From a virus, in the IMG/VR virus record IMGVR_UViG_3300036851_000172, positions 9,334 through 73,333 of that record: a DNA stretch of 64,000 bases, one strand, 5' to 3'. The translations under genes and the position numbers were made by a program. A model generated the notes under the pieces. That model had not been told where the DNA came from. It was given only the letters and a program-made list of their open reading frames with translations, and searched no databases. Below are positions 55,798 to 64,000 of this stretch, in pieces. Position 1 is the stretch's first letter. Every line of letters begins with the position of its first letter.

Positions 55798-57923
55798 TGA
55801 TGATCCTGTCCAATCGCGCCGCCAAGCTCGACGACTTCGGCGAGGTGTTCGAGCCGCAGGAGGCGGCCGAGCCGATCTTGGCGCGGCCGATCCGCAATGC
55901 TCTGCTCGAATGGCTCACGGAAGTGTGGGCCGAAGAGGAACTGAAGGCGGTCGGCATCGGGCCGCGGCGCAAGGCGATCTTCGACGGGCCGCCCGGCGTG
56001 GGCAAGGCTCAGCCATTGGCTGCCGCCGTTCTAACGACGCGTGGATGGTCAACTATTGGCGAGCTGCGCATTGGCGACGCGTTGGCATCCGTAGACGGCG
56101 AGTCGTCTCAGGTTACCGGGATATTCCACCGTGGCGACCTCGAAATCTATCGGGTTAAGTTCTCGGATGGAGCCGAGGTCCGATGCTCTGGCGATCACCT
56201 TTGGCATGTCACGTTTAAGGAATGGCGCAAGCCGCGCGTGCTGCGAACCCTCGCAGTTGCAGAACTGATTGAAAAGGCACGTGGTCCGGAGCATAGGCCG
56301 TGGGTGCCATTGTTCTCCGGTTCATTTGGTTCTGATGCTCTTCCGCTCGACCCTTATCTATTGGGCCTGATGCTTGGCGACGGCTCTTTCACGGACACCA
56401 GCAGCTCGCTCCACTTCACGACCGCTGACCCAACTGTTCTTGCGCGCTTTCGGGCTGCACTGCCTTCCTCTTGCGAGGCCAAACTCGTAACGCGCTACGA
56501 TTATAGGATCATCAATCGCCAAAGGAACAACGAGCCGTCGTCCCTGGCGCGCGTGATTTGTGAGCTTGGGCTTTACGGAAAGCTGAGTTACGACAAATCT
56601 ATCCCACCCATCTATCTCAACTCCTCCGCCGAATCCCGCCGCGAACTGTTGCGCGGACTGCTGGAGACCGATGGCGGCTGTAAAAATCTTTCCAGGGTGC
56701 AGTTCTACACGTCGTCAGAGCAGCTATCGAAAGATGTGCTCGCTCTCGTGCGGAGCCTCGGTGGGATCGCTCATCGAAGGGCTCAGTACAAAAACTACAC
56801 CCATAAGGGCTTGCTGAAGCAAGGCCGCCAGTCGTGGATTGTCTCACTTCTGCACCCATTCGGTCGCGACTTGATGACCCTGCCGAAACATCGTGAACGC
56901 GGTGGTTCGACCCTATCCACCGGGCAATCACGCCGACGGATTATGTCGATCGAGGCCACCGGTGACGTGGTCCCGATGGCGTGTATTAGCGTCTCCCATG
57001 CCAGCGGACTGTATGTGACGGACGACTACGTCGTCACCCACAACACGACGCTGGGGCATCACCTCGCCGCGCGGCTCGGCCTGCGCATGCTCGCGGTGCG
57101 GCCGGAACGGCTGATCTCAAAGTATGTCGGCGAGACCGGCGAGCGTATCGGCCAGATGTTCGACTTGGCGTCCGACAAGGATGATCCGATCGTCCTGTTC
57201 CTCGACGAGTTCGATGCCTATTCCCGCCAGCGGCGGCGCTCTCAACAGTCGGCTGACGACAGCCGCAACGAAGAGGTCAACACGCTGCTGCAACGCTTGG
57301 AGCAGTACACGGGTTTTCTGATCGCGGCGACCAACTTCGGGGCGCATATCGATCAGGCCATCTGGCGGCGCTTCGACATTCACATCACGCTCGCATTGCC
57401 GGGCCAAGCCGAACGCGAGAAGATCCTTGCGCGCTATCTCGCACCCTACGGCTTGCCGAAGCGCGCGCTGAGCGAGTTGGCGATCTCATTCGAGACGGCC
57501 TCGCCGGCGCTGATCCGGCACTTCTGTGAGAACCTGAAACGGCAATTAATCGTCGGGCCAAAGCTCAGGCTCGACATGCGGCGGGAGGCCGTCATCGGAC
57601 GGTTGATCGCGACGGTCAAGCCGCATCCCGATCTCGGTCTGCCGCGCCTCTGGTCGGCCGGGGAGAATGATCACGCCATCAAGTTGCTGCCGTGGCCGCT
57701 GAAGTTGGCGGCCGACATCGTCGAAGACGATCCTTTAGCGGATGTCGAGAACGCCGAAGAGTTGGGGCGCAAAGCCGCTCGTGACGGCAAGGCCATCATC
57801 GACAATCCGTTCCCGTTCGGCGACGCGCGTCGCGCCCGGTTCGATGAAGGCTGGCGCAAGGAAAGCGAGACCGACGGCATGGGCGGCGCCGAGGTCGTTG
57901 ATCTCGGAGGGCGGCGCAAGTGA
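55797..57923 (+). CDS. AAA+ ATPase containing an intein
   Basis: Walker A GPPGVGK|TT split by the intein; Walker B LFLDEFD; AATN; D.AIWRRF. Confidence 0.9.
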   Translation: MMILSNRAAKLDDFGEVFEPQEAAEPILARPIRNALLEWLTEVWAEEELKAVGIGPRRKAIFDGPPGVGKAQPLAAAVLTTRGWSTIGELRIGDALASVDGESSQVTGIFHRGDLEIYRVKFSDGAEVRCSGDHLWHVTFKEWRKPRVLRTLAVAELIEKARGPEHRPWVPLFSGSFGSDALPLDPYLLGLMLGDGSFTDTSSSLHFTTADPTVLARFRAALPSSCEAKLVTRYDYRIINRQRNNEPSSLARVICELGLYGKLSYDKSIPPIYLNSSAESRRELLRGLLETDGGCKNLSRVQFYTSSEQLSKDVLALVRSLGGIAHRRAQYKNYTHKGLLKQGRQSWIVSLLHPFGRDLMTLPKHRERGGSTLSTGQSRRRIMSIEATGDVVPMACISVSHASGLYVTDDYVVTHNTTLGHHLAARLGLRMLAVRPERLISKYVGETGERIGQMFDLASDKDDPIVLFLDEFDAYSRQRRRSQQSADDSRNEEVNTLLQRLEQYTGFLIAATNFGAHIDQAIWRRFDIHITLALPGQAEREKILARYLAPYGLPKRALSELAISFETASPALIRHFCENLKRQLIVGPKLRLDMRREAVIGRLIATVKPHPDLGLPRLWSAGENDHAIKLLPWPLKLAADIVEDDPLADVENAEELGRKAARDGKAIIDNPFPFGDARRARFDEGWRKESETDGMGGAEVVDLGGRRK
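56007..57044 (+). mobile_element. intein with LAGLIDADG homing endonuclease (Ala1, class 3 signature)
   Basis: Starts AQPL, block B CSGDHLW, LGLMLGDG and LRGLLETDG, block F MACISV, ends VTHN/T. Confidence 0.9.
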
Positions 57924-58969
57924 GCGCTCTCGTCAAATACGATGAGGCGCGGGCAGCGCTGGCCGAATGCAAGCGCGTTGACGAAGTCCTGCAGATCAGG
58001 GACGAAGCCGAGCGGATGAAGCTCTACGCCCGCCAGGCCAAGGACAGAGATATGATGGCGGACGCGGCCGAAATTCAGGCGCGGGCCACGCGCCAGCTCG
58101 GTATCATCCTGGCCAAGGCCAAAGAGGCTGGACAAATAGCCGAAGGCCGTCCGCGTAAGGGTGGCGAAAACTGTCAAGGTGACGGACAGTTTTCTCGCAT
58201 CAGGCTTGCCGAAGTCGGCATCGATCGGAACCTGTCATCACAAGCGCAGAAGTCCGCAAGCATATCAGAGCGCGCGTTCGAGGCCATGGTTGATCGCACG
58301 CGCGAGCGCATCCGATCGGGCGCCGCGTTGATCGTTGATGCCGCCGTGACAACCGAGGAAAAGCAGCAGCGACGCGCGGATCGCGAGCGCGTGCTCGGCG
58401 GCATTCAGCATGCTCTGCCGACACAGAAATTCGGCGTCATACTAGCCGATCCGGAATGGCGGTTCGAGCCGTGGTCACGCGAGACCGGCATGGACCGCGC
58501 GGCCGACAATCACTATCCGACGAGCTGCACCGAGGTGATCGCATCGCGCGATGTGCTGTCGATCGCAGCCGATGACTCAACGCTGTGGCTGTGGGCCACG
58601 GTGCCAATGCTGCCGTACGGGCTCGTGGTGATGGGCGCCTGGGGTTTCGACTATCGAAGCCATTGGATATGGGCGAAGGATCGCATCGGCACCGGCTACT
58701 GGAACAGGAACAAGCACGAGCTTCTATTGCTCGGTGTGCGCGGCAAGCCGCCAGCCCCATCGATGGGGACGCAATGGGATTCGCTGATCGAGGCGGCCGT
58801 TGGTGAGCACAGCGCCAAGCCTGAGAAGTTCCTCGAGCTGATCGAATTCTATTTTCCGACGTTGCCGAAGATCGAACTGAACCGGCGTGGGCCCGCCCGA
58901 AATGGATGGACTGCTTGGGGCAACGAATCTGACTCTCATGATCCGGAGACGGGGGAGATTCGTCCGTGA
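57920..58969 (+). CDS. MT-A70-family adenine methyltransferase with N-terminal extension
   Basis: ILADPEW...HY.T...LWLWAT...WGF.Y....W.K..G.GYW.R..HE.LL...HS.KP...IEL.RR...W..WGNE. Confidence 0.85.
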   Translation: MSALVKYDEARAALAECKRVDEVLQIRDEAERMKLYARQAKDRDMMADAAEIQARATRQLGIILAKAKEAGQIAEGRPRKGGENCQGDGQFSRIRLAEVGIDRNLSSQAQKSASISERAFEAMVDRTRERIRSGAALIVDAAVTTEEKQQRRADRERVLGGIQHALPTQKFGVILADPEWRFEPWSRETGMDRAADNHYPTSCTEVIASRDVLSIAADDSTLWLWATVPMLPYGLVVMGAWGFDYRSHWIWAKDRIGTGYWNRNKHELLLLGVRGKPPAPSMGTQWDSLIEAAVGEHSAKPEKFLELIEFYFPTLPKIELNRRGPARNGWTAWGNESDSHDPETGEIRP

Positions 58970-59520
58970 CCCTCGGCTCCCACCAAACCACAGTTGGAAA
59001 ATCTCAGGTCCACATCACGCCGAAGTGGATCATCGATGCGCTGGGGCCGTTCGATCTTGATCCGTGCGCGGCCGCAGTTCGCCCGTGGGACTGTACCAGG
59101 CACAACTGCATTGAGATGCATGATGGGCTAGGTATCGACTGGTTCGGTTTCGTTTGGCTCAACCCGCCGTTCGAGCGGTATGGCGTCGGCCGTTGGATCG
59201 AAAAGCTCGCCGTGCACGGAAGTGGGATTGCCCTACTGCACGCCCGAACGGAGACCGCTTGGTTCAAGCCATGTTGGGAGCACGCGAGCGCGTTGTTGTT
59301 CCTCTCGCATAGGCTGATCTTCCACAAGCCTGACGGGTCGCCTCAGACGATCGCGAATCCGGAATCGAAACACTTCGGCAAGCCCGCAAATTCCGGAGCT
59401 CCAGTCGTCCTGGTCGGCTTTGGGCCGACGGCGAAGCATCGCCTTGAGCATTTCGGGCCAGAAGGCGTATTCGTCACCCAGTGGCGCATGCAGGATCGCA
59501 AGGTGAGGGCGGCTCCATGA
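58966..59520 (+). CDS. phage N6-adenine DNA methyltransferase
   Basis: TP..I...LGPFDLDPCA...DGL...W.G.VWLNPPF...ARTET.WF. Confidence 0.85.
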   Translation: MTLGSHQTTVGKSQVHITPKWIIDALGPFDLDPCAAAVRPWDCTRHNCIEMHDGLGIDWFGFVWLNPPFERYGVGRWIEKLAVHGSGIALLHARTETAWFKPCWEHASALLFLSHRLIFHKPDGSPQTIANPESKHFGKPANSGAPVVLVGFGPTAKHRLEHFGPEGVFVTQWRMQDRKVRAAP

Positions 59521-60017
59521 CCCCTTACACCCCCGCTGCCATAGCACACATCAGGCAATGTGCCTCTCATCTTCCGGCATCAAAGATCGCCGATGATCTG
59601 GGTTGGGATCTGGCGACGTTGCGCGAGCGGGCGCGGCGTCATGGGATCGAACTCGTCAATCCGAATCCGACGATGCCTGTGAAGACTGAGGCATCAGGTC
59701 CCAAAGAGCCGCAAGGTCCGAAACCGCCACCGCCATTCGTCAAGCCCGGTGATCCGACGCTGTGCGAGATCATCGCCAGCCTGCCGCAGCGACAAGCCGA
59801 TATCCTGACGCTGCTGGCGCATGGAGTTCCGGCCGGCGAGTTCGTGACGGCGAAACAGATCGCAGCCGAGCTCCAACTTGTGGTCATTCCGAAAGCCGTC
59901 AACGACAGTGTCATGCGGGTGGCGCGGCGGCTGGACAAGACCGCACGGTATCGACTTGAGACGAAACGCTTTCGCGGTGGTGGGCATCGCCTGATCGATC
60001 TCGAGGCCAAACCATGA
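59517..60017 (+). CDS. double HTH/wHTH protein
   Basis: IA.DLGW...; IL.LL......TAKQIA.EL...GGG.RL. Confidence 0.55.
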   Translation: MTPYTPAAIAHIRQCASHLPASKIADDLGWDLATLRERARRHGIELVNPNPTMPVKTEASGPKEPQGPKPPPPFVKPGDPTLCEIIASLPQRQADILTLLAHGVPAGEFVTAKQIAAELQLVVIPKAVNDSVMRVARRLDKTARYRLETKRFRGGGHRLIDLEAKP

Positions 60018-60286
60018 CGGTCACGGCGAAAGAAGCGCTCCCGCCCGTCGATCTGCCCGTCAGGGCCCGCAGGCACAGCTGGAACAACGACAATCCGGTC
60101 ACGATCCTCCCGAGCGAAGCGCATGACGGAAACGAGCGCACGGAACGATCGTGCAAACTGTGCGGCATGGTGAAGATCACGGTGCATGGTGCCGAAGGCC
60201 TGCCGTGGCGTGAGTGGCGCACCAAGAATGGTGATCGTTGGTGGGGACAGGCGACGCCGCCATGTTTGGATGAGGTGGCCTCGTGA
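60014..60286 (+). CDS. hypothetical protein
   Basis: RH.W...TER.C..CG..K.T. Confidence 0.5.
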   Translation: MTVTAKEALPPVDLPVRARRHSWNNDNPVTILPSEAHDGNERTERSCKLCGMVKITVHGAEGLPWREWRTKNGDRWWGQATPPCLDEVAS

Positions 60287-60897
60287 GCATCCAAGCACTC
60301 GCATGGGCGATTGAGCAATCGCTTCCGGGGCCATCCAAGCTCGTGTTGATGGCGTTGTCGAACCATGCTGACCACACGACCGGCTATTGCCATTTCGACG
60401 CCGCGCTGATCTCGCGCGAGGCCTCGATCGAGGTGCGAAGCCTGTGGCGCTATCTCGGTGCCCTGGAGCGCAACGGCTATCTCGCCAAGGATGAGCGCAA
60501 GCCGGGCGACACCAGCAAGCGAGAATATTGGTTGGTGCTCGATCGCGATCCGGCGCTTGGCTGGTCATGGACCGCGCACGATCAATCAGCTGACGACGCG
60601 CCTGAAGATGCCGCGCCGACTGCGCCGTCTGAGGCGCCGAAATCGTTTCGCCGCGCTGAGCAGAACAAGGCCCGCGAGGCGGCAACGGCGCCGCCGTCCG
60701 ATCAGCCCGATGGTGTCCCCATCATCGAAGGCTCGAAGGCCTACCACGCATGGTGCGGACATCTGCGTGATCGACGGATGGTGGCGCCGTTCGTGCGGGC
60801 CATCTCTGTCGATGGAAAATGGCTTCGGGGCTTCTACATGCCGACGTTGTTTCCCCCGCGGCAGGATCGAATCGAAGACTTGGAAGGTGCGGCGTGA
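60283..60897 (+). CDS. HTH replication-initiator-like protein 1
   Basis: MSIQA..WA......KLVL.AL.NHAD...R.L..LE..G.L. Confidence 0.7.
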   Translation: MSIQALAWAIEQSLPGPSKLVLMALSNHADHTTGYCHFDAALISREASIEVRSLWRYLGALERNGYLAKDERKPGDTSKREYWLVLDRDPALGWSWTAHDQSADDAPEDAAPTAPSEAPKSFRRAEQNKAREAATAPPSDQPDGVPIIEGSKAYHAWCGHLRDRRMVAPFVRAISVDGKWLRGFYMPTLFPPRQDRIEDLEGAA

Positions 60898-61835
60898 GTT
60901 GGGAAGCAGTGCAATGGGCCAATAAGCAACGCATGCGACTACCGCAGGAGCAGCTCGTATTGCTTCTGCTGGCGAACGCGGCCGATCCTGAGGGTGTGGC
61001 GTTCGCATGGTGGAAGCACAAGGCACATTGGTGGACGTACCTAGTAGAGCGAAGCCGGCTCTCGCGAGCCAGCGTATTCCGGCATTTAGCGACGATCGAA
61101 GAGTTAGGGCTCGGCAAGCGCCGAAAGCTCGAGACTGTTGACGGCGATGTACGGTTTATCATGGAGCTCGACCTCACCAAGAGTGTCGATCTTCCGCCGC
61201 AAGATAGTCCTCAGTCTCAGTCTCACGGTGAGACTGAGTCTCACGGTGAGACTGACTCAGTCTCATCGGTGAGACTGCAAGAAGAGTCTATACAAGAATC
61301 CAATATTAGTGGTGGTGGTGATGCGCGGGCGCGCGAACCCCTGATCAGTCCAGAAGCGATCAGTCTCGCCGAGGAGATCGCGACGATTGCTGGCCATCCA
61401 GATCCGAAAGCTTGGCCACCTGGTTGGTGCGGCGCGGCCATGCGTGTCGAAGCGTTCCTGCGCGAAGGATATCACCCTGACCATATGCGCGCCGCGGCGC
61501 GCGAGGTGATGTCGAGTAATCCAAAATCTCAACCTTGGTCGATTGGCTATTTCGAAAAAGCGTTCGCTCGATCAAAGAGCCGCGCCGACGCGCCGTTGCC
61601 GATAGCAGATACTGGAGGACAAAATGGACGAGCCGAAGCAATTCGCAACGGATTCGTTGGTCGCGTCGGTGCGCGAACGAATCGATCCAACCGCTCACCC
61701 AAGGAGCAACGCTGGGCGGCTGCCTGGGACAACGTCGACGCTCTCCTCGGTCTCTCTGGATCCGATGCCGATCGAGATGGCGCGGAAGTTGGTGAAGCGC
61801 CTGCTGGCCGGTTACCCGAATCTGGGGGCACATGA
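60894..61835 (+). CDS. HTH replication initiator 2 with internal iterons
   Basis: SW.A..WA.....Q.VL.LLAN.AD..G...LSR.SV.RHL...EE.G; C-terminal YF.K. Confidence 0.75.
   Translation: MSWEAVQWANKQRMRLPQEQLVLLLLANAADPEGVAFAWWKHKAHWWTYLVERSRLSRASVFRHLATIEELGLGKRRKLETVDGDVRFIMELDLTKSVDLPPQDSPQSQSHGETESHGETDSVSSVRLQEESIQESNISGGGDARAREPLISPEAISLAEEIATIAGHPDPKAWPPGWCGAAMRVEAFLREGYHPDHMRAAAREVMSSNPKSQPWSIGYFEKAFARSKSRADAPLPIADTGGQNGRAEAIRNGFVGRVGARTNRSNRSPKEQRWAAAWDNVDALLGLSGSDADRDGAEVGEAPAGRLPESGGT
61211..61277. repeat. three tandem palindromic iterons (probable origin)
   Basis: CAGTCTCACGGTGAGACTG, AGTCTCACGGTGAGACTG and CAGTCTCATCGGTGAGACTG inside the initiator gene. Confidence 0.75.
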
Positions 61836-62187
61836 TCCTGACGGATATATCGCGGCGTTGATCAGTGTGATGGCTGAGTTTCCACAATGGGCAGGTGAGC
61901 GATCTGTGCTCAAGGTCGATGCAGAGAATTCGTCATTCCCGCCTACCGAAAAGGAACTTCGGAAATGGCTATCAGACGCCGTTGGCCCGTATAGGTTCGC
62001 GCGTGAATGGGATGCGCGTTCGAAGGCGCAGCTCGAGGAACGCAAGCTTTTGGAGTCAAAAGCACCCGCCGCGGATGCCGACGAACAGCGTGGCACGATC
62101 TATTCGAATTATGATGAGGCCTTTCGGCTGCATGGCAAGCCGCTGGGTCCCTTCGATCCGGGCCGAACAGTCAGATATCGCGGCTGA
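61624..62187 (+). CDS. replication-associated protein (lambda P-like position)
   Basis: GGAGG RBS; LL..YP.....DP..Y...L...FP...FPP...EL. Confidence 0.6.
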   Translation: MDEPKQFATDSLVASVRERIDPTAHPRSNAGRLPGTTSTLSSVSLDPMPIEMARKLVKRLLAGYPNLGAHDPDGYIAALISVMAEFPQWAGERSVLKVDAENSSFPPTEKELRKWLSDAVGPYRFAREWDARSKAQLEERKLLESKAPAADADEQRGTIYSNYDEAFRLHGKPLGPFDPGRTVRYRG

Positions 62188-62229
62188 TCACCTCAACGAA
62201 TTCACATCCTGACAATCAGGGGAGACACG

Positions 62230-62916
62230 ATGTTGGCACAAGACCGGGACGATCAAGGCAACATGCGTGATGTGTATCTGGATTGGGCGCGAGGCGACCG
62301 CGAGCGCTACGAATCTGAGATCCGACGGATTGACCATAGGCAAGGGCCATATGAGGCCGAGATTGTACCCGGATGCACACCGCAATGGCATGCAGTGCGG
62401 ACATTTCCCAATCAGGAAAAGATCGCAGCAGGACACCTGATCGGGCGTCGCTTTGGGGTCTACGTACCGGAATTCGATTATGATCCGACCAACGTCGAAA
62501 CCTTTGCGATGCGTCGGCTCCTGTTGCCCGGCTACCTTCTGCTTTTCGTGTGGGACGTCGATCGGCACGTTCGCCGGGTCCGAGCCTGCACTGGCGTCAT
62601 GGACTTTCTGCTGGAAGGAACTCGCATTGCCATTATTCCAGATGATCTCATCAATCGAATTCAGGCATGTGAGAACAGCCATCGCAAGCCCTTGACCGTT
62701 ATGGTCGAGGACATCGTCTGCAAGAAGAAATATCGGCCTCGTCGGCGCATGCGCGAAGTTGTTGTTGATCAGGACGATATCTTGGGCGTACACGCATATT
62801 CAGCTTTCGACGAGGAACGGCGGGCAGCAACAATAGTGGCGGAGCGACAGGAGACCGTTCAAGGCATCCGCGGTGCGTTCCACAGGGCCATGGGCTTGCC
62901 AGCGCAAGCCGCTTGA
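62230..62916 (+). CDS. NusG/RfaH-family antiterminator (NGN domain)
   Basis: WHAVRT.PNQE......L....F.VYVP...L.PGY.....V....GV..FL...IPD. Confidence 0.8.
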   Translation: MLAQDRDDQGNMRDVYLDWARGDRERYESEIRRIDHRQGPYEAEIVPGCTPQWHAVRTFPNQEKIAAGHLIGRRFGVYVPEFDYDPTNVETFAMRRLLLPGYLLLFVWDVDRHVRRVRACTGVMDFLLEGTRIAIIPDDLINRIQACENSHRKPLTVMVEDIVCKKKYRPRRRMREVVVDQDDILGVHAYSAFDEERRAATIVAERQETVQGIRGAFHRAMGLPAQAA

Positions 62917-63041
62917 CCGAATCAGAAAAACAGGGGTATTGACGCAATCGCCCCGGCTCGCAGCCCCTTTCCCGAGGGAGTCTCGCCGAATGGTGGACTG
63001 AATCGAGAAAACCTCGGTTCGCCAAAGCCCTCACTGCGTAC

Positions 63042-63069
63042 AAAGCCCCGGAATCGTCCGGGGCTTTTG
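63042..63069 (+). terminator. rho-independent terminator ahead of the late operon
   Basis: AAAGCCCCGGA-ATCG-TCCGGGGCTTTT. Confidence 0.75.
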
Positions 63070-63111
63070 CGTTTCTTAGAAGGCCTTTGATTCCCGAAGC
63101 AGGGAGCGTGC

Positions 63112-63282
63112 ATGATGGATCTGACGCAAGCGCTCGCCGTGATCGCCTATCTGCATGATGGGTTCGACGACGGCTACAGCGAGGAACAAAAGGCGGCATA
63201 CAATGCTGCCATGGACATCATCGGGCAAAGCGCGCGGGATACGATCGACGCTGTTCGTAACGCGAACGGCACCGCCAGCTAA
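63112..63282 (+). CDS. small acidic protein, homolog of 3138-3290 (not in ORF track)
   Basis: MMDLTQALAVIAYLHDGFDDGYSEEQKAAYNAAMDIIGQSARD; GGAG RBS. Confidence 0.7.
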   Translation: MMDLTQALAVIAYLHDGFDDGYSEEQKAAYNAAMDIIGQSARDTIDAVRNANGTAS

Positions 63283-63466
63283 CCCAATTCAGGCCTTACG
63301 AGCCGGCAGCAGTCCAGGTCGATGGATACGACCGCAACCCCCATGGTGATGCCATGAAGTAAGTGAACACAGCTTCGATCATCAGACGTTTTCAGGAAGT
63401 TGGGGCCGCTGAAGAATATCCACGTCAGCGGCCCCTTGATTCCATAAGGGTAGCGGTTGGTTTGAT

Positions 63467-63551
63467 CGCCTCCCGCTGTCCAGTCTTGGGCGTTTCCTCC
63501 CTAGATACTTGGGCCGCTTGCAGGAATGAGCCTGTAGGCGGCCCTTTTTTG
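63467..63551 (+). ncRNA. suhB/MmgR (alpha-r8)-like small RNA
   Basis: 5' hairpin, GGCGTTTCCTCCCTAG anti-SD core, ACTT, then terminator GGGCCGCTTGCAGG...CCTGTAGGCGGCCC-T6. Confidence 0.65.
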
Positions 63552-63554
63552 TAG

Positions 63555-63926
63555 ATGGGCAGGCTTACTCGCATAAAGCCGCAATTGGAGAAGGCTACAC
63601 CTCGCATCGGTTGGGCTGGTGACCTGGACCAAACAATAACACCAAGCCGTGACAGGCATGCGCCGTGGCGCAAGCTCTACAAGACGGAGCGATGGCGGAA
63701 GCTACGGCTGCGCATCCTGTTGAGGGACACATTCACCTGCAGGATATGTGGTCGGCTGGAGGGCAACACCGCCCTGCTGGTATGCGACCACATTAAGCCA
63801 CATCGAGGGATAGCCGCTCTGTTCTGGGATGAGGCCAACCTTCAGTGCTTATGCAAGCCCTGCCATGATGGGATCAAACAAAAAGAAGAGCAGGCATCGA
63901 TGATGCACAAGGGCGTGTGGGATTAA
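63555..63926 (+). CDS. HNH endonuclease (HK97 gp74-like terminase accessory)
   Basis: Y...RW..LR...L.RD...C..CG...DHI.PHRG...LFWD..NLQ.LC..CHD..KQ; followed by a G-run/AT-rich segment as seen near cos sites. Confidence 0.85.
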   Translation: MGRLTRIKPQLEKATPRIGWAGDLDQTITPSRDRHAPWRKLYKTERWRKLRLRILLRDTFTCRICGRLEGNTALLVCDHIKPHRGIAALFWDEANLQCLCKPCHDGIKQKEEQASMMHKGVWD

Positions 63927-64000
63927 AAAAACAAATGTTTTTTTACGAAAAAAACTACGGGGGGGTATCAAAAATTTTGGAAACCGAAGCTTTCCCGGAC

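Noticed and set aside
61211-61277. Mini-CRISPR or guide array
   Set aside because: Repeats abut with no variable spacers and lie within an initiator gene, which fits origin iterons.

Overview
The whole window is temperate-phage DNA of alphaproteobacterial (Rhizobiales/Bradyrhizobiaceae-like) character, inferred from GcrA and GapR genes, a suhB/MmgR-like sRNA and high GC. No host housekeeping genes are visible. It appears to hold two different phage genomes end to end. Phage A (1 to about 36-39 kb) is a podovirus-type phage running from replication/RusA through PBSX-type terminase, split portal, an inserted glycan-active module, scaffold, DUF5309 capsid, a methyltransferase plus two glycosyltransferases, tail/ejection proteins and a multi-domain endolysin to leftward accessory operons. 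Phage B (about 39.4-64 kb) runs from a tyrosine integrase through early-left genes, a cI/cro switch with visible operators, three DNA methyltransferases, GcrA, GapR, an intein-containing AAA ATPase, replication initiators with iterons and a NusG-type antiterminator to an HK97-gp74-like HNH. The strongest signal is at 47.3-48.8 kb: a nuclease-less IS110/Nop-domain protein (TasA-like) with seven stem-closed dual-spacer units of the form stem-C(A/G)-N9-(T/A/C)G-N5-C(A/C)-N9-TG-stem (one unit has a longer loop). All seven lie inside open reading frames and the next gene is ParB-like, so this is a probable TIGR-Tas-type RNA-guided DNA-binding system. All protein calls come from motif recognition by eye; no database search was run.
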